From positions 384,001 to 448,000 of the forward strand of contig CAVVKJ010000005.1 of the NCBI GenBank assembly GCA_963748815.1: a stretch of DNA of 64,000 nt. Direction: 5' to 3'. Below are positions 49,713 to 60,394 of this stretch, one piece after another. Made by a program: the position numbers and the translations under genes. A model generated the notes under the pieces. The model did no database searches and had not been told where the DNA came from. It was given only the letters and a program-made list of their open reading frames with translations. Numbering within the stretch: position 1 is the stretch's first letter; each line of letters opens with the position of its first letter. Source of the stretch: an uncultured Gemmatimonadales bacterium (GTDB lineage: Bacteria; Gemmatimonadota; Gemmatimonadetes; Gemmatimonadales; GWC2-71-9).

Positions 49713-51369
49713 GTGTCCCCCATCCTGCCCAGCCGCCATCAGCGCGCCCTGCCGCTCGAGAAGCTCATTCTCGGTGAGGCACCGGGTGCGGAAGCGATCG
49801 AGATGGATGTGCTGTTCGTGGGGGCGGGGCCGGCCGGATTGGCGGGGGCCATCGAACTGGCCCGCCTCGCCAAGGCCGACCAGGAGGCCGGAGGCGGTCT
49901 CGGCGAACTGAACATCGGTGTGCTGGAGAAGGCGTCGGGACTCGGTGAGCACAACCTCTCCGGTGCGGTGGTCAACCCCCGCGCGTTCCGCGAGCTGTTT
50001 CCCGAACTGACCGACGCCGACTTTCCCTTCCGCCAGCGGGTCGACGCTGAGGCGGTCTACTTCCTGACCGAAGGCGCCGCCCGCCGCATTCCGACTCCGC
50101 CCACCATGCACAATACCGGCAACTACTCCGCCTCCATTTCGGAGATGGTTCGGTGGCTCGGTGCCAAGGCGGAGGAACTGGGCGTCAACGTCTTCACCGG
50201 GTTCCCGGTGGATGCGCTGCTCGTCAAGGACAAGGCGGTGCTGCGGGGTACGAACCACGCCGAGCGGCCTCAATCGCGACGGCACCCCCGGGGGCGACTA
50301 TGCGGAGCCGACCGACCTGACGGCGCGGGTCACCGTGCTGTCGGAGGGGACACGGGGCACGTTGTCGCAGGCGTGGTGCGAATGGCAGGGAGTCACCTCG
50401 CCCAATCCGCAGATCTTCGCGCTCGGCGTGAAGGAAGTGTGGAAGGTGGCGCGCCCCCTCGATCGGGTCATCCATACGATGGGGTGGCCGCTCCCCAGCG
50501 ACGTGTTCGGTGGGAGCTGGTGCTATCCGCAGGGGCCTGACCAGGTCTCGATCGGGCTGGTGGCGGGCCTCGACTACGGGAACGCGAAACTCGATGTACA
50601 CACCCTGCTGCAGCGGATGAAGCTCCATCCCCTCTTCCGTGACATCCTCGCCGGTGGCGAGCTCGTGGAGTGGGGTGCCAAGACCATTCCCGAGGGAGGC
50701 TTCCACGCCCTGCCCAGCCGGCGGGTCGGTGACGGGCTCGTGATCGTCGGCGACGCCGCGGGATACGTCGACGTGCCCTCGCTGAAGGGCGTCCACTATG
50801 CCATGCAGTCGGGGATCTACGCCGCCCGCGCCATTTTCGCCGCCTTGAAGCGAGGCGACACCTCCTCCGTGGCCCTTGCCGAATCCGACCGGCTGGTCGA
50901 CTCGAGCTACATCCGTGACGACCTCTACAAGACCCGGAACATGCGGCTCGCCTTCAAGGACGGCTTCCTGATGGGGGCCGCCAAGGCCGGGCTGATGACC
51001 CTGACCGGAGGGAGGTTCCCGGGAGGGCGCATCCCGATGCACGCCGACGCCGACGCGCCGAGAGGCGACGGGGACGCGACGACCCTGGTGCCGGACGGGG
51101 AGCTCACCTTCGGCAAGCTCGACGCGGTCTTCAAGTCGGGCAACGCGACCCGCGACACGATCCCGAGCCACCTGCTGGTGGGCCGCGACGTCAGCGCCGA
51201 GGTGGCGGACTTTTACGTCCACCTCTGTCCCGCGGGGGTGTACGAGCGCGACGGCGACGAGTTGCGTGTCAATCCGCCCAACTGCATCGACTGCAAGGCC
51301 ACCGATGTCCTTGGCCCGCGCTGGACCCCGCGCGAAGGCGGTAGCGGCCCCCGCTACCGGGTGATGTAG
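49713..51369 (+). CDS. ETF-ubiquinone oxidoreductase (frameshift near 50245)
   Basis: VGAGPAG, LSGA, WGAKTIPEGG and CPAGVY..NCIDCK motifs. Confidence 0.9.
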
Positions 51370-51372
51370 CGG

Positions 51373-52548
51373 ATGTCGGTGCGCAAGCGGGAATTCGCCG
51401 GGCTGGCCGCCAACGATTTCGCCCGGGAATCGGCTGGCGATCGGCTCTGGGCCGCCCCGGACCCGATGCTGATCGACGCCGGCGCCCACGGTGAACTGCT
51501 GGTGTCGAAGGTCCGCATCGCCCTGGTGTCGCTGGTGATGCTCATCCCGATCTACAACGTGATCGCGACGCCCTACCTCATCGAGGCGTGGGTCGGGTTG
51601 GTCGCGACGCTCGCGTCGCTGGTCTTCGCGGTGTTCGTGTGGGCGGTGGTGCGGCGGGGATTCTACCGACCGTGGCTGGGATTCCTCACCAGCGCGGTGG
51701 ACGTCACCTTCGTGACGGCGACGCTGGTGGCCTTCCTGGCCATGGGCACGCCGCACGTCGCGGTCAACAGCCGCATCATGTACAGCGTCTACTTCTTCTC
51801 GATCGGGGCGTCGAGCCTCCGCTACGACACCCGGATTTGCATCGTGACGGGCGCGCTGGCGGTGGTGCAGTACCTCGCGGTGGTCTGCGTGGCCATGGCC
51901 CTGTGGGATCTCAACGACCTCCGCTACGCCCCGTTCACCTACGGCATGGTCAGCTGGGGCGACCAGGTGGGACGGCTCATCCTCCTCGCCACGGCCGGCG
52001 TGCTTGCCACCGCCATCGTTGACCGTTCCCGCCAGCTCCGGCACCTCTCCGCGCTCGACCGCCTGACCGGCCTCCTGAACCGCGGGTATTTCGAAACCCG
52101 CTACCAGGCGGAGGTTGCGCGCGCCCGCCGGCACGGCCATCCGCTGGCCGTGGCCCTGCTCGACCTCGACCGGTACAAGAACTTCAACGACCGGTACGGC
52201 CACGCGAGCGGCGACGTGGCGCTGCGGGTCCTGGCCGATACCCTGCTGAAGGGGCTGCGGGCCAGCGACATCGTGGCGCGGTATGGCGGGGATGAGTTCG
52301 TGGTGCTCCTGCCCGAGACGAGTCCGCAGGCGGCCTACGAAAAACTGGAGCAGCTGCGGCTGGCAGTGGCGCGGGCCGAGTTCGCGATTCCGCGGCACGA
52401 CTTGACGGCCCAAATCACGCTGAGTGCGGGGATCGCCTGCCTTCCGGACGACGGGACCGACCCTGTCGAACTGCTGGAAGCCGCGGATCGGCGGCTCTTT
52501 GCCGCCAAGGACGGCGGCCGCAACCGGGTGGTGGGTCCGCAGGACTAG
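51373..52548 (+). CDS. membrane diguanylate cyclase
   Basis: about 6 TM helices; DRLTGLLNR, RASD I-site and GGDEF. Confidence 0.92.
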   Translation: MSVRKREFAGLAANDFARESAGDRLWAAPDPMLIDAGAHGELLVSKVRIALVSLVMLIPIYNVIATPYLIEAWVGLVATLASLVFAVFVWAVVRRGFYRPWLGFLTSAVDVTFVTATLVAFLAMGTPHVAVNSRIMYSVYFFSIGASSLRYDTRICIVTGALAVVQYLAVVCVAMALWDLNDLRYAPFTYGMVSWGDQVGRLILLATAGVLATAIVDRSRQLRHLSALDRLTGLLNRGYFETRYQAEVARARRHGHPLAVALLDLDRYKNFNDRYGHASGDVALRVLADTLLKGLRASDIVARYGGDEFVVLLPETSPQAAYEKLEQLRLAVARAEFAIPRHDLTAQITLSAGIACLPDDGTDPVELLEAADRRLFAAKDGGRNRVVGPQD

Positions 52549-53894
52549 GCGACCGCCTCCTCCTCCTCGCGGGCAATGCGCTGGCCCTCGCCGACGTCGA
52601 CCTTGGCCAGCAGCGCTCCACCGACCAGGAAGAACACCACCACCGAGAGCAGCGCCGCCCGACTCGAGCCGGTCATCAGGATCGCCACCGAGAACATCGC
52701 CGGCCCCAGGATCCCCGCGAACTTCTCGAACACCGCGAAGAAGCCGAAAAACTCTCCCGACAGATGCCGCGGTACCATGCTCGCAAAGAGCGAGCGGCTC
52801 AGCGCCTGCACCCCGCCCTGCACCATCCCCACCAGCACCGCGAGCAGGATGAAGTCCCGGTCGCTCTGCATGAAATAGCCCAGCACGCTGATGCCCAGGT
52901 ACGTGACCAGGCCGACGAAGATGGCCGGGCGGGTCCCCACCCGTTTGGCCAAGCCGCCGAAAAGATACGCGAACGGCACGCCGACGAACTGCACCAGCGC
53001 GATCGCCGCGATCATGGTGGTGCGGGTGATGCCGATCTCCGCGCCGTAGATGGCCGCCATCCGGATGATCGTGCCGACGCCGTCGTTGTAGATCAGGAAG
53101 GCCAGCAGGAGGAGGAAAGCCTGCCGGTACCCGCGCAGCTTGCGGAACGTATGTCCCAGGCGCCGGAAGGAGGCGCGCACCGCACCGAGCCGGGCCTCTT
53201 CCGCGTCGAGCGCGCGGCCGGGGGGCTCCGGGACGTGCCGGAAGAGGGGGATGCTGAAGCCGGCCCACCAGAGCGCGGTCAGGATGAAGGTGAGCCGTGT
53301 CGGCAGCGTCGCCTGGCTCGGCGTGAGGCCTTCGCCGGCGGGCAACCCGAACGCCCCCGGGGCCATCACGATGGCCAGGCAGAACAGCAGGAAGAGCCCA
53401 CCCCCCAGGTACCCGAGGGCGTACCCCGCCGTCGAGATCCGGTCCATCTCCTCGGGCGCGGCCACGTGCGGCAGGAGGGAGTCATAAAAGACGAAACTGC
53501 CGTTGACGCCGATGTTGGCCAGGATGAACAGCCCCGCGGCAAACATCCATTCGCCGCGCTGGATGAAGAACATCGCCGCCACCGCGCTCGCGCCGAAGAC
53601 CAGGAAGGCGGCCAGGAGCTTCTTCTTCGCGGCCGAGTGGTCGGCGATCGCTCCCAGGATCGGGGACAACACCGCGATGATGGTCAGCCCGATCGTCGTC
53701 GCGACGCTGAACCGCGACGTGGCCTCCGTCGGGGACATGCCGTTGGCGGCGACCGCGGTGAAGAAGATCGGGAAAATGGCGGTCACGATGACGACGTACA
53801 TCGCCGAGTTGGCCCAGTCGTACAGCATCCAGGCGCGGACCGCCGGCCGGTCGAGCGAAAGCCGCCCTGCCATGCGGCCGAGGAGCCCGCTCAT
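52545..53894 (-). CDS. MFS transporter, UMF1/Atg22-like
   Basis: WMLYDWANSA, YNDG, QALSRS and EFFGF motifs. Confidence 0.9.
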   Translation of the reverse strand: MSGLLGRMAGRLSLDRPAVRAWMLYDWANSAMYVVIVTAIFPIFFTAVAANGMSPTEATSRFSVATTIGLTIIAVLSPILGAIADHSAAKKKLLAAFLVFGASAVAAMFFIQRGEWMFAAGLFILANIGVNGSFVFYDSLLPHVAAPEEMDRISTAGYALGYLGGGLFLLFCLAIVMAPGAFGLPAGEGLTPSQATLPTRLTFILTALWWAGFSIPLFRHVPEPPGRALDAEEARLGAVRASFRRLGHTFRKLRGYRQAFLLLLAFLIYNDGVGTIIRMAAIYGAEIGITRTTMIAAIALVQFVGVPFAYLFGGLAKRVGTRPAIFVGLVTYLGISVLGYFMQSDRDFILLAVLVGMVQGGVQALSRSLFASMVPRHLSGEFFGFFAVFEKFAGILGPAMFSVAILMTGSSRAALLSVVVFFLVGGALLAKVDVGEGQRIAREEEEAVA

Positions 53895-54685
53895 TGGGCA
53901 TCCCGGGGCTTGGCGAATCCGGTGGCGACGCGAGCGGCGAGGGCACGGGGTGCGGCGCGGGTGAGCCAAGCCGCCGCCCGGGCGACCGGGCCGGACATGA
54001 CGTGGCTCCGGTTCCGGACATAGCCGCGGAGCCCCGCTCGGGCCACCGCGTGCGCCTGCTGCATGAGGAGCCGCGGGGGCGGGGATTCCAGCCGCGCGGC
54101 CGCAAACCAGCCGGTCACCACCGGCCCCGGGCAGAGACAGGTGCAGCGCACGCCCGTCCCGCGGAGCTCCACGTGGAGCGCCTCGCTCCATCCCAGCACG
54201 TAGGCCTTGCTGCCGCCGTAGGTCGAGAGCCAGGGGAGACCCTGGAAGGCACCGATACTCGCCACGTTGAGGAGCCCGCCCCGGCGCCGGGCCACCATGC
54301 CCGGCAACAGCCGCAGCGCGAGTTCGGTCGCGGCGCGGACGTTAAGGTCCACGACCCGCAGTTGCGCATCCACCGGCGTGTCGTGGCCTCGGCCGACCAG
54401 CCCGATGCCGGCGTTGTTGACCAGGTGGTCGACGGCGAGCCCGCGCGCCTCGATGTCGCCTACCAGCGCGGCCACCGCGCCGGGCGCGGTCAGGTCGAGC
54501 CGCAGGATCTCCACGCTCGCGCCCTGCTGTCGCGCACGGCCCGCCACCCTCTCGAGCCGCTCCGTGCGGCGCGCGGTCAGGAGGAGGCGCGCGCCCGTGG
54601 GGGCCAGCAGTTCCGCGAACGCCTCGCCGAGGCCGCCGGACGCGCCGGTGATGAGTACCGTGGTCCCGTCGAAGAGCTGGCGCAC
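53891..54685 (-). CDS. short-chain dehydrogenase (DltE-like)
   Basis: TGASGGLG, NNAG, YGGSK and CPGPV motifs. Confidence 0.88.
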   Translation of the reverse strand: MRQLFDGTTVLITGASGGLGEAFAELLAPTGARLLLTARRTERLERVAGRARQQGASVEILRLDLTAPGAVAALVGDIEARGLAVDHLVNNAGIGLVGRGHDTPVDAQLRVVDLNVRAATELALRLLPGMVARRRGGLLNVASIGAFQGLPWLSTYGGSKAYVLGWSEALHVELRGTGVRCTCLCPGPVVTGWFAAARLESPPPRLLMQQAHAVARAGLRGYVRNRSHVMSGPVARAAAWLTRAAPRALAARVATGFAKPRDAQ

Positions 54686-55617
54686 TACGGCGCCCCCTGC
54701 GCCGCCCGGGTCTTCCGCATCGACAGGACGACCGAGCCACCAAGGATCCCGACGATGACGCCGAGCGAAACGCCGATCGGCACGTGAAGGAGGCCGTTGA
54801 ACACCATCTTGCACCCGACGAACACCAGGATGGCGGCGACGCCGGGCTTCAGGTACTCGAACCGGTCCATCATTCCCGCCAGGACGAAGAACAGTGCCCT
54901 GAGCCCGAGGATGGCGAAGACGTTCGAGCTGTACACGATGAACGGGTCGCGGGTGATGGCGAAGATGGCGGGGATGCTGTCGATCGCGAAGACCAGGTCC
55001 GACCACTCGACCACCAGCAGGACGATCACCAGCGGGGTGGCCATCCACCGTCCGCGGATGTCGAGCGTGAAGAACTTCTGGCCGTCGTAGGCGTCCACCA
55101 TCGGGATGAACCGCCGCGCCAGCCGGACCAGCGGGTTCCGTTCCGGCTCGATGCGGTCGCCCGAGCCGCGGAACATCCGGATGCCGGTGAGGATGAGGAT
55201 GCCGCCGAAGAGGTAGATGATCCAGGTGAACTGCTGGAGGAGCAGCGCGCCCAGGCCGATCATGATGGCGCGCATCAGGAGCGCCCCGAGGATGCCCCAC
55301 TTGAGGATCCGCGGCTGCAGTTCGGCCGGCACCGCGAAATACTGGAAGATGAGCAGAAAGACGAACAGGTTGTCCACGCTGAGCGAGAGCTCGATCACGT
55401 AGCCGGTGTAGTACTCGAGCGCCGGGCGCGTCCCTTCCCGGGCCCAGAGGAACACGCCGAACAGCAGCGCCAGCGCCACGAGGCCCGCGCTCCAGCTCAG
55501 CGCCTCCCGGAACGAGAGCACGTGCGACTTCCGGTTCAGCACCCCGAGGTCGAGGACCAGGAGCCCCAGGACGAGCACGCTGAACCCGATCCAGACGGCC
55601 GGCGGATGGACGCCCAT
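54685..55617 (-). CDS. TerC/Alx family membrane protein
   Basis: SLSVDNLFVF, DLVFAIDSIPA and SNVFAILGLR motifs. Confidence 0.93.
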   Translation of the reverse strand: MGVHPPAVWIGFSVLVLGLLVLDLGVLNRKSHVLSFREALSWSAGLVALALLFGVFLWAREGTRPALEYYTGYVIELSLSVDNLFVFLLIFQYFAVPAELQPRILKWGILGALLMRAIMIGLGALLLQQFTWIIYLFGGILILTGIRMFRGSGDRIEPERNPLVRLARRFIPMVDAYDGQKFFTLDIRGRWMATPLVIVLLVVEWSDLVFAIDSIPAIFAITRDPFIVYSSNVFAILGLRALFFVLAGMMDRFEYLKPGVAAILVFVGCKMVFNGLLHVPIGVSLGVIVGILGGSVVLSMRKTRAAQGAP

Positions 55618-56868
55618 TCAGAATCCCGGGTCGGTGGTGTGGACCGGATCGTCCAGAAGGATGGCCTGCAAGTGGCTTCCCTTCGGTGTCTCGTGTTGGC
55701 CCTCCGGCACCAGGAGGAGGGCGTTGGCCCGCACCATCGAGGTCAGGATGCCGGAGCCCTGGGGACCCGTCAGGCGGGCCTCCGGCCCGGTCGTCGTTTC
55801 GGTCACGATGGCCCGGAGGAAGTGCTGCAGCGTCGGTCGGAGGGAAATCGCCTCCGCCATCCGTACCGGGGTGACGCGGCGAAAGGGCCGGGCGTGACCG
55901 GCCATCGCGCGGATGGCGGGACGGACGAACAACTCGAAGGTCACCATGGCGCTCACCGGATTCCCCGGCAGGCCGATCCAGGGAACTCCGAAGACCCGCC
56001 CGAACCCGACCGGTGCGCCCGGCCGCATCCGCAGCTTCCAGAAATCGATCGACCCGCCCGATTCCTCCACCGCGCCGCGCAAGTGGTCGTGCTCTCCGAC
56101 GCTGATGCCCGCCGTGGTGACGAGGAGGTCACACTCCGGCGCCCGCGCGAGGTGATCCCGCACGCTCTCCGGCGTGTCGCGTGCGATCCCGAAGTTCAGG
56201 GGTTCCCCGCCGGCGAGGCGAACCAGGGCGTGCAGTGTGTGGCTGTTCGAACTCGCGATCTTCCGCCCGCTCAGGATCGCGTCGGGCTGATCGACATCCA
56301 CGATTTCGTCGCCGCCGCCGAGGATGCCGACCCGCGGCCGGCGGAACACCAGCGGATGGGCCATGGCCACGGACGCCAGCACTCCCAGTTCCGCGGCGCC
56401 CAGTTCGGTGCCGGCGTCGAGCACGGTGACGCCCTTCCGGATGTCCTCGCCCGCCAGCCGGATGTTCACCCCGGCGTCGCGGTCGCTGAAAATGTGGACT
56501 GTGTCGCGGCCGAGATCGGTGTCTTCCTGGCGAATGACACCGTCGGCGCCGTCCGGGAGCGGCGCGCCGGTGAAGATCCGGGCGCACTCACCCGGCTGGA
56601 GCGAGCGGGCGGGAAAATGGCCGGCGGGAATCTGCTCGATGACGCGCAGGCGCACCGGGCGCTCCGCCGTCGCCCCTCGCACGTCCGCGGTCCGGGTGGC
56701 ATACCCGTCCATCGCGGAGTTGGTCCATGCCGGGAGGTCGAGCGGACTGATGACCGGTTCGGCGAGCACGCTGCCGAGCGCGGAGTCGAGCGGGATGCGA
56801 AGGGTCGGCTGGCGGGGGACGGCGGCCAGGATGCGGAGGGCGGCCTCCCGTGCGGCGAGCGGGGTCAC
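55618..56868 (-). CDS. moeA: molybdopterin molybdotransferase
   Basis: SAMDGYA, IFTGAP, GDE and LPGNPVS motifs. Confidence 0.93.
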   Translation of the reverse strand: MTPLAAREAALRILAAVPRQPTLRIPLDSALGSVLAEPVISPLDLPAWTNSAMDGYATRTADVRGATAERPVRLRVIEQIPAGHFPARSLQPGECARIFTGAPLPDGADGVIRQEDTDLGRDTVHIFSDRDAGVNIRLAGEDIRKGVTVLDAGTELGAAELGVLASVAMAHPLVFRRPRVGILGGGDEIVDVDQPDAILSGRKIASSNSHTLHALVRLAGGEPLNFGIARDTPESVRDHLARAPECDLLVTTAGISVGEHDHLRGAVEESGGSIDFWKLRMRPGAPVGFGRVFGVPWIGLPGNPVSAMVTFELFVRPAIRAMAGHARPFRRVTPVRMAEAISLRPTLQHFLRAIVTETTTGPEARLTGPQGSGILTSMVRANALLLVPEGQHETPKGSHLQAILLDDPVHTTDPGF

Positions 56869-57395
56869 GGCCCGATGATCCGGGCCCCGTCCCATCCAAT
56901 GTTGGCCAGGAACTGCAGCCACATCGTGTCGCGGAAGCGGAGCACCCGGCAGTCGGCTTCCAGGTCCTCGTCGGTCACGATCGCCAGCCACTGGTCGGCG
57001 GCATCCGAGGTCGCGTCGAAGAGCGGCTCCTTGGCAGCCACACCACGGAACACCTCGATTTTTGGCAGGGGATGGCTGGTGAACCCCTCCACGAGAACGA
57101 TGTCGGCGCCGTCGAGGTAGCGCCGGGCAAGGGTGATCGGGTCCTGGTCGTCGGGAGACCGCTCGAACAGTACCCGGACGTCGGGGGAGGCGATGAGCAC
57201 CCGTTCGGCCCGGCCCTCGTGAAAGTGCCGGTAGCTGTCCGTGCCGGGGCTATCGGCGTCGGCAGGGTGGCTGGCGTGCTTGATGGTCATGACCCGCTTG
57301 CCGCGCCGCACGTATTCGGCGGCCAGCGCCACGGCGAGGGTGGTCTTGCCAGCGTTCTTGCGGCCTACAATTGAGAGGATGCGAGTCGCCGCCAC
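56865..57395 (-). CDS. mobB: molybdopterin-guanine dinucleotide biosynthesis protein B
   Basis: GRKNAGKTT, IKH, GTDS and LVEGF motifs. Confidence 0.9.
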   Translation of the reverse strand: MAATRILSIVGRKNAGKTTLAVALAAEYVRRGKRVMTIKHASHPADADSPGTDSYRHFHEGRAERVLIASPDVRVLFERSPDDQDPITLARRYLDGADIVLVEGFTSHPLPKIEVFRGVAAKEPLFDATSDAADQWLAIVTDEDLEADCRVLRFRDTMWLQFLANIGWDGARIIGP

Positions 57396-57976
57396 AGCGC
57401 GTCCGCCTGGGTGAGGTCGTCCTGGGAGTTCACGTTGAAAAAGAGGGTGGAGGGGTCGCCGAACTCGGCGACCGCCTCTGCAGGGAGGATACAGGTTCTG
57501 ACGGCGGAGTGGAAGGCGACGGCCCGAAGGTCGTCCGACGCGATGGCGTCCTCGATGGCTCGCCGGCATGCCGGCCCATAGCCAGCGCACATCGGTTCGA
57601 CGCCGCGCCGCCCTCCGCTCGCGGGCAGCACGGCATCGGCGCCGCCCAGTCCGTCCGCCAGGCGGCGAATCAGCGCCGCGGGGACGAACGGCATGTCCCA
57701 CGCGACGCAGACGACCGGTGTCGGATTGTGGCTCACCGCGGTGAGAATTCCGCCGAGGGCGCCGGCGCCGGGGTGGACATCGGGAAGCACCGGGAGGTCG
57801 GGACGCCAGCGCTGGGCGTCGGGATCGTTGGCGATCAGGGAGGGGAGGGTGCCGAAAGCGTCGAGAAACGACTGGACCAGGCGATCGAGAATCCTGATGC
57901 CGCCCACCAGCTCGAGCCCCTTGGGGCGGCCTCCGAACCGGGAGGCGGCGCCCCCGGCGAGGATGGCGCCGCGCAC
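57365..57976 (-). CDS. mobA: molybdenum cofactor guanylyltransferase
   Basis: ILAGG..SRFGG.PK, DMPF and FFNVN motifs. Confidence 0.9.
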   Translation of the reverse strand: MRGAILAGGAASRFGGRPKGLELVGGIRILDRLVQSFLDAFGTLPSLIANDPDAQRWRPDLPVLPDVHPGAGALGGILTAVSHNPTPVVCVAWDMPFVPAALIRRLADGLGGADAVLPASGGRRGVEPMCAGYGPACRRAIEDAIASDDLRAVAFHSAVRTCILPAEAVAEFGDPSTLFFNVNSQDDLTQADALWRRLASSQL

Positions 57977-57992
57977 ACCGCCGGCGACCGGC

Positions 57993-58793
57993 TCAGTAGC
58001 GATGGCCGCGCTTCTTCTCAAGCACGATATCCGCGCCGATCAGGACGCTCCAGAGGTTCGTCCACTTGTTCACGATTTCCGGCGCGTCGCTCCCCGGCTC
58101 GGTGGGGCCGTTCACCGTGGCGATCTGCACCAGGTTGTCCCGGACCTCGGCGCGCACTTGCCACCCTTTTCCGAGGACGGCGGAGAAGCCCCCGCCAAAC
58201 ACGAACCCCGCCGTGATCCGCGTGCTGGAGGGGTCGTCATAGATGACAAACTGGAAGATTTCCTGGGTGTCGGGGTCCACGACCGTCCCCGCCGTGGCGA
58301 TGGTGCTGAGGTTGCTGAAGAGGAGGCCGACCTGCCCCCGGATGTAGGGCGAGATGGGCTGGTCGGCCGCGGCACGGAACACCGGGCCCACGCTCAGCAG
58401 TACGGCGGAGCTCGATTTCGTGGCGCCGTCGATGCTGCCGCACACCTCCTTCGTTCGGTCGCTCGGAGTCGGGGAGGAGGTCTGGCAGGCGTCCTCCAGT
58501 CCGACGCCGGTGAAGAACACCTCCCCGACGAATCCCAGCGACGGCTTGGGAAAGTACATCCCGGAGAAGAGTACGCCGATGCCGCCGGTGATGTTGCGGT
58601 CGAGATCGATCAGATCGAAGCCGGTGCCCGGTACCAGGATGGGCTGGTCCTCGACGGTCCAGAGATCGGTGCCGCCGGTGTAGGTCAGACCCATTGTGAA
58701 GACCAGGCGCGCCTCGTCCTCCGTCTTCTGGGCGGACGCCGGCTGGGCGAGGACCAGCGCCCCTGTCACGGCCAGTACGAGCGGTGTTCGCAT
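57993..58793 (-). CDS. outer-membrane beta-barrel protein
   Basis: signal peptide; SPYIRGQVG, RAEVRD and amphipathic strands. Confidence 0.7.
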   Translation of the reverse strand: MRTPLVLAVTGALVLAQPASAQKTEDEARLVFTMGLTYTGGTDLWTVEDQPILVPGTGFDLIDLDRNITGGIGVLFSGMYFPKPSLGFVGEVFFTGVGLEDACQTSSPTPSDRTKEVCGSIDGATKSSSAVLLSVGPVFRAAADQPISPYIRGQVGLLFSNLSTIATAGTVVDPDTQEIFQFVIYDDPSSTRITAGFVFGGGFSAVLGKGWQVRAEVRDNLVQIATVNGPTEPGSDAPEIVNKWTNLWSVLIGADIVLEKKRGHRY

Positions 58794-59209
58794 CACACCC
58801 CCAACGAATTGTGATCGACGGCCAGGCATCGGTCCATCACGACCGCGATGCCCGCCTCGCGCAGCCGCCGCGCGGTTTCCGCGTCCTCGACCCCGAGTTG
58901 CATCCAGACCAGCCGAGGCCGGACCTCCAGCAGGTCGTCGAGCAGGGCCGGGACGAACTCGGACCGCCGAAAGACATTGACGATGTCAATGGGGCCGGTC
59001 GTGGCCGCCGACCGGAGGTTGGCGTGGACGGCTTCTCCCAAGGTGACGCCGCCCGCGGGGTGCACTGGCACAATCTCGTATCCCTGGCGCTGCAGGTACG
59101 CCGACACGGTGTGACTGGCCCGGTGCGGCTTCCGGCTCAGCCCCACCACGGCGATGCGTCGGGCGGAGCGCAGGATCGCCCGGAGCTCGTCGTCGTCCGG
59201 CGCGGTCAC
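58793..59209 (-). CDS. CoA-binding protein (YccU-like)
   Basis: IAVVGLS..P.R.S, DIVNVFR, WMQLG and MDRC motifs. Confidence 0.9.
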   Translation of the reverse strand: MTAPDDDELRAILRSARRIAVVGLSRKPHRASHTVSAYLQRQGYEIVPVHPAGGVTLGEAVHANLRSAATTGPIDIVNVFRRSEFVPALLDDLLEVRPRLVWMQLGVEDAETARRLREAGIAVVMDRCLAVDHNSLGV

Positions 59210-59982
59210 GGGGCCGGCTCGGGGCGGTGGAGTTGGGGCGTCCCGCTCACCGCGCGCCCCACCAGGACCATCCCGGACCGGCGGGCGACCTCGACGGCGA
59301 GCGTGGACGGCACCGAGGGAGTCGCGATCCAGGCGAGCTCGGCGCGGGCCGCCTTGAACGCGAGCTCCGCGGAGATCCGCCCGGTCACCAGGAGGCCGAG
59401 GCCTTCCACGGGACGGCGGGCGAGCAGCGCCGCCCCGAGGACCTTGTCCACCGCGTTGTGCCGGCCGATGTCCTCGGCGTGGTGGAGGAGGGCGGTCCCG
59501 TCGGTCAACGCCGCGGCGTGGACGCCCCCGGTTTCGTCGTAGCGCGCGCCGCGCGCGAAGAGTTCCTTGAACCGCTCCCGCATGAGGCTGGCGGCGGGAG
59601 GGAGGCCGCGAAGCGGCTCCGTCGGGACCGAGGCGGGGTCGGCGAGGAAGGTCGAGACGGCGCCGCACCCTGAGGCCAGCACCGGGCGGCGCCGCTCGGC
59701 GGCGACGGCGGCCAGGCGCACCTCCGGTATCTCCGCCCAGAATCCCAGGTCGGTGGCGCACGGGCGCAGGTGGACCTCGTCGACGGTGGTGATGTACCCC
59801 TCGCCGAAGAGCCAGCCCAGCACCAGCTCCTCCAGCAACTCCGGGGTGCACATCCAGGTCACGGTCGGGACGTGGTTGACCTCGAGCCAGACGGGTACCT
59901 CTTCCACGGCCGCGGGGGCCGGCCCGCGGCCCCGTCGCCCGCGCAGCGGCGGCTGGTCAGTCGATTCCGGTGCAGTCGGCAT
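59206..59982 (-). CDS. fdhD: formate dehydrogenase accessory sulfurtransferase
   Basis: SGCG, TGGVHAA, EDIGRHNAVDK and GRIS motifs. Confidence 0.92.
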   Translation of the reverse strand: MPTAPESTDQPPLRGRRGRGPAPAAVEEVPVWLEVNHVPTVTWMCTPELLEELVLGWLFGEGYITTVDEVHLRPCATDLGFWAEIPEVRLAAVAAERRRPVLASGCGAVSTFLADPASVPTEPLRGLPPAASLMRERFKELFARGARYDETGGVHAAALTDGTALLHHAEDIGRHNAVDKVLGAALLARRPVEGLGLLVTGRISAELAFKAARAELAWIATPSVPSTLAVEVARRSGMVLVGRAVSGTPQLHRPEPAP

Positions 59983-60379
59983 GGAGCGTCTCATCCTCCG
60001 CCACGCGCACCCGCGTGAGGGTGACACCCGCGGGGAGTCGAGAATCGATGCGGGCAAAGAGCCAACAGGCCAGCGCCTCGCAGGTGGGGAGCGTCACGCC
60101 GGCGGCGAAGTCGGGCAGGTCCCGGTCAATATGCCTGCCGTCGAGCGGCTTGACGACCTCGTCCCCGAGGATGCGGTCGAGCAAGGGAAGGTCGATGACG
60201 GCGCCGGCCGCAAGGTCGAGAGGCCCGGCGACGGTGACAGCGCAGCGATAGTGATGGTCGTGGCCGGCGGGGTCGGCGAGCGCGCCGAAGGCGGTGTGAT
60301 TCTGGGCGGGGGTCCAGTCAGGTCGCCAATAGCGGTGCCAGGCGTGGAAGCCGACCGTGCGTGTGAGCGAAACCGGCAT
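59957..60379 (-). CDS. queD: 6-carboxytetrahydropterin synthase / PTPS family
   Basis: F.A.H, HDHHY, PTCE and V.E motifs. Confidence 0.75.
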   Translation of the reverse strand: MPVSLTRTVGFHAWHRYWRPDWTPAQNHTAFGALADPAGHDHHYRCAVTVAGPLDLAAGAVIDLPLLDRILGDEVVKPLDGRHIDRDLPDFAAGVTLPTCEALACWLFARIDSRLPAGVTLTRVRVAEDETLHADCTGID

Positions 60380-60394
60380 CGGCCCCTCCCCTCG

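Noticed and set aside
2517..51369. Frameshifts in xerC, hslU, kinase, MoxR, cupin, nucleotidyltransferase, DUF4139 and ETF-QO as programmed frameshifting or pseudogenes
   Set aside because: They are scattered single-base shifts in otherwise intact conserved genes with no shared slippery motif. Sequencing indels are the simplest explanation; confirm with short reads.
27026..53268. Very long antisense ORFs (27026..29602, 38563..41925, 46085..48682, 50224..53268)
   Set aside because: High-GC shadow frames opposite well-supported genes, with no recognisable motifs.
55600..55640. yybP-ykoY riboswitch before terC
   Set aside because: terC abuts moeA, so there is no leader space.
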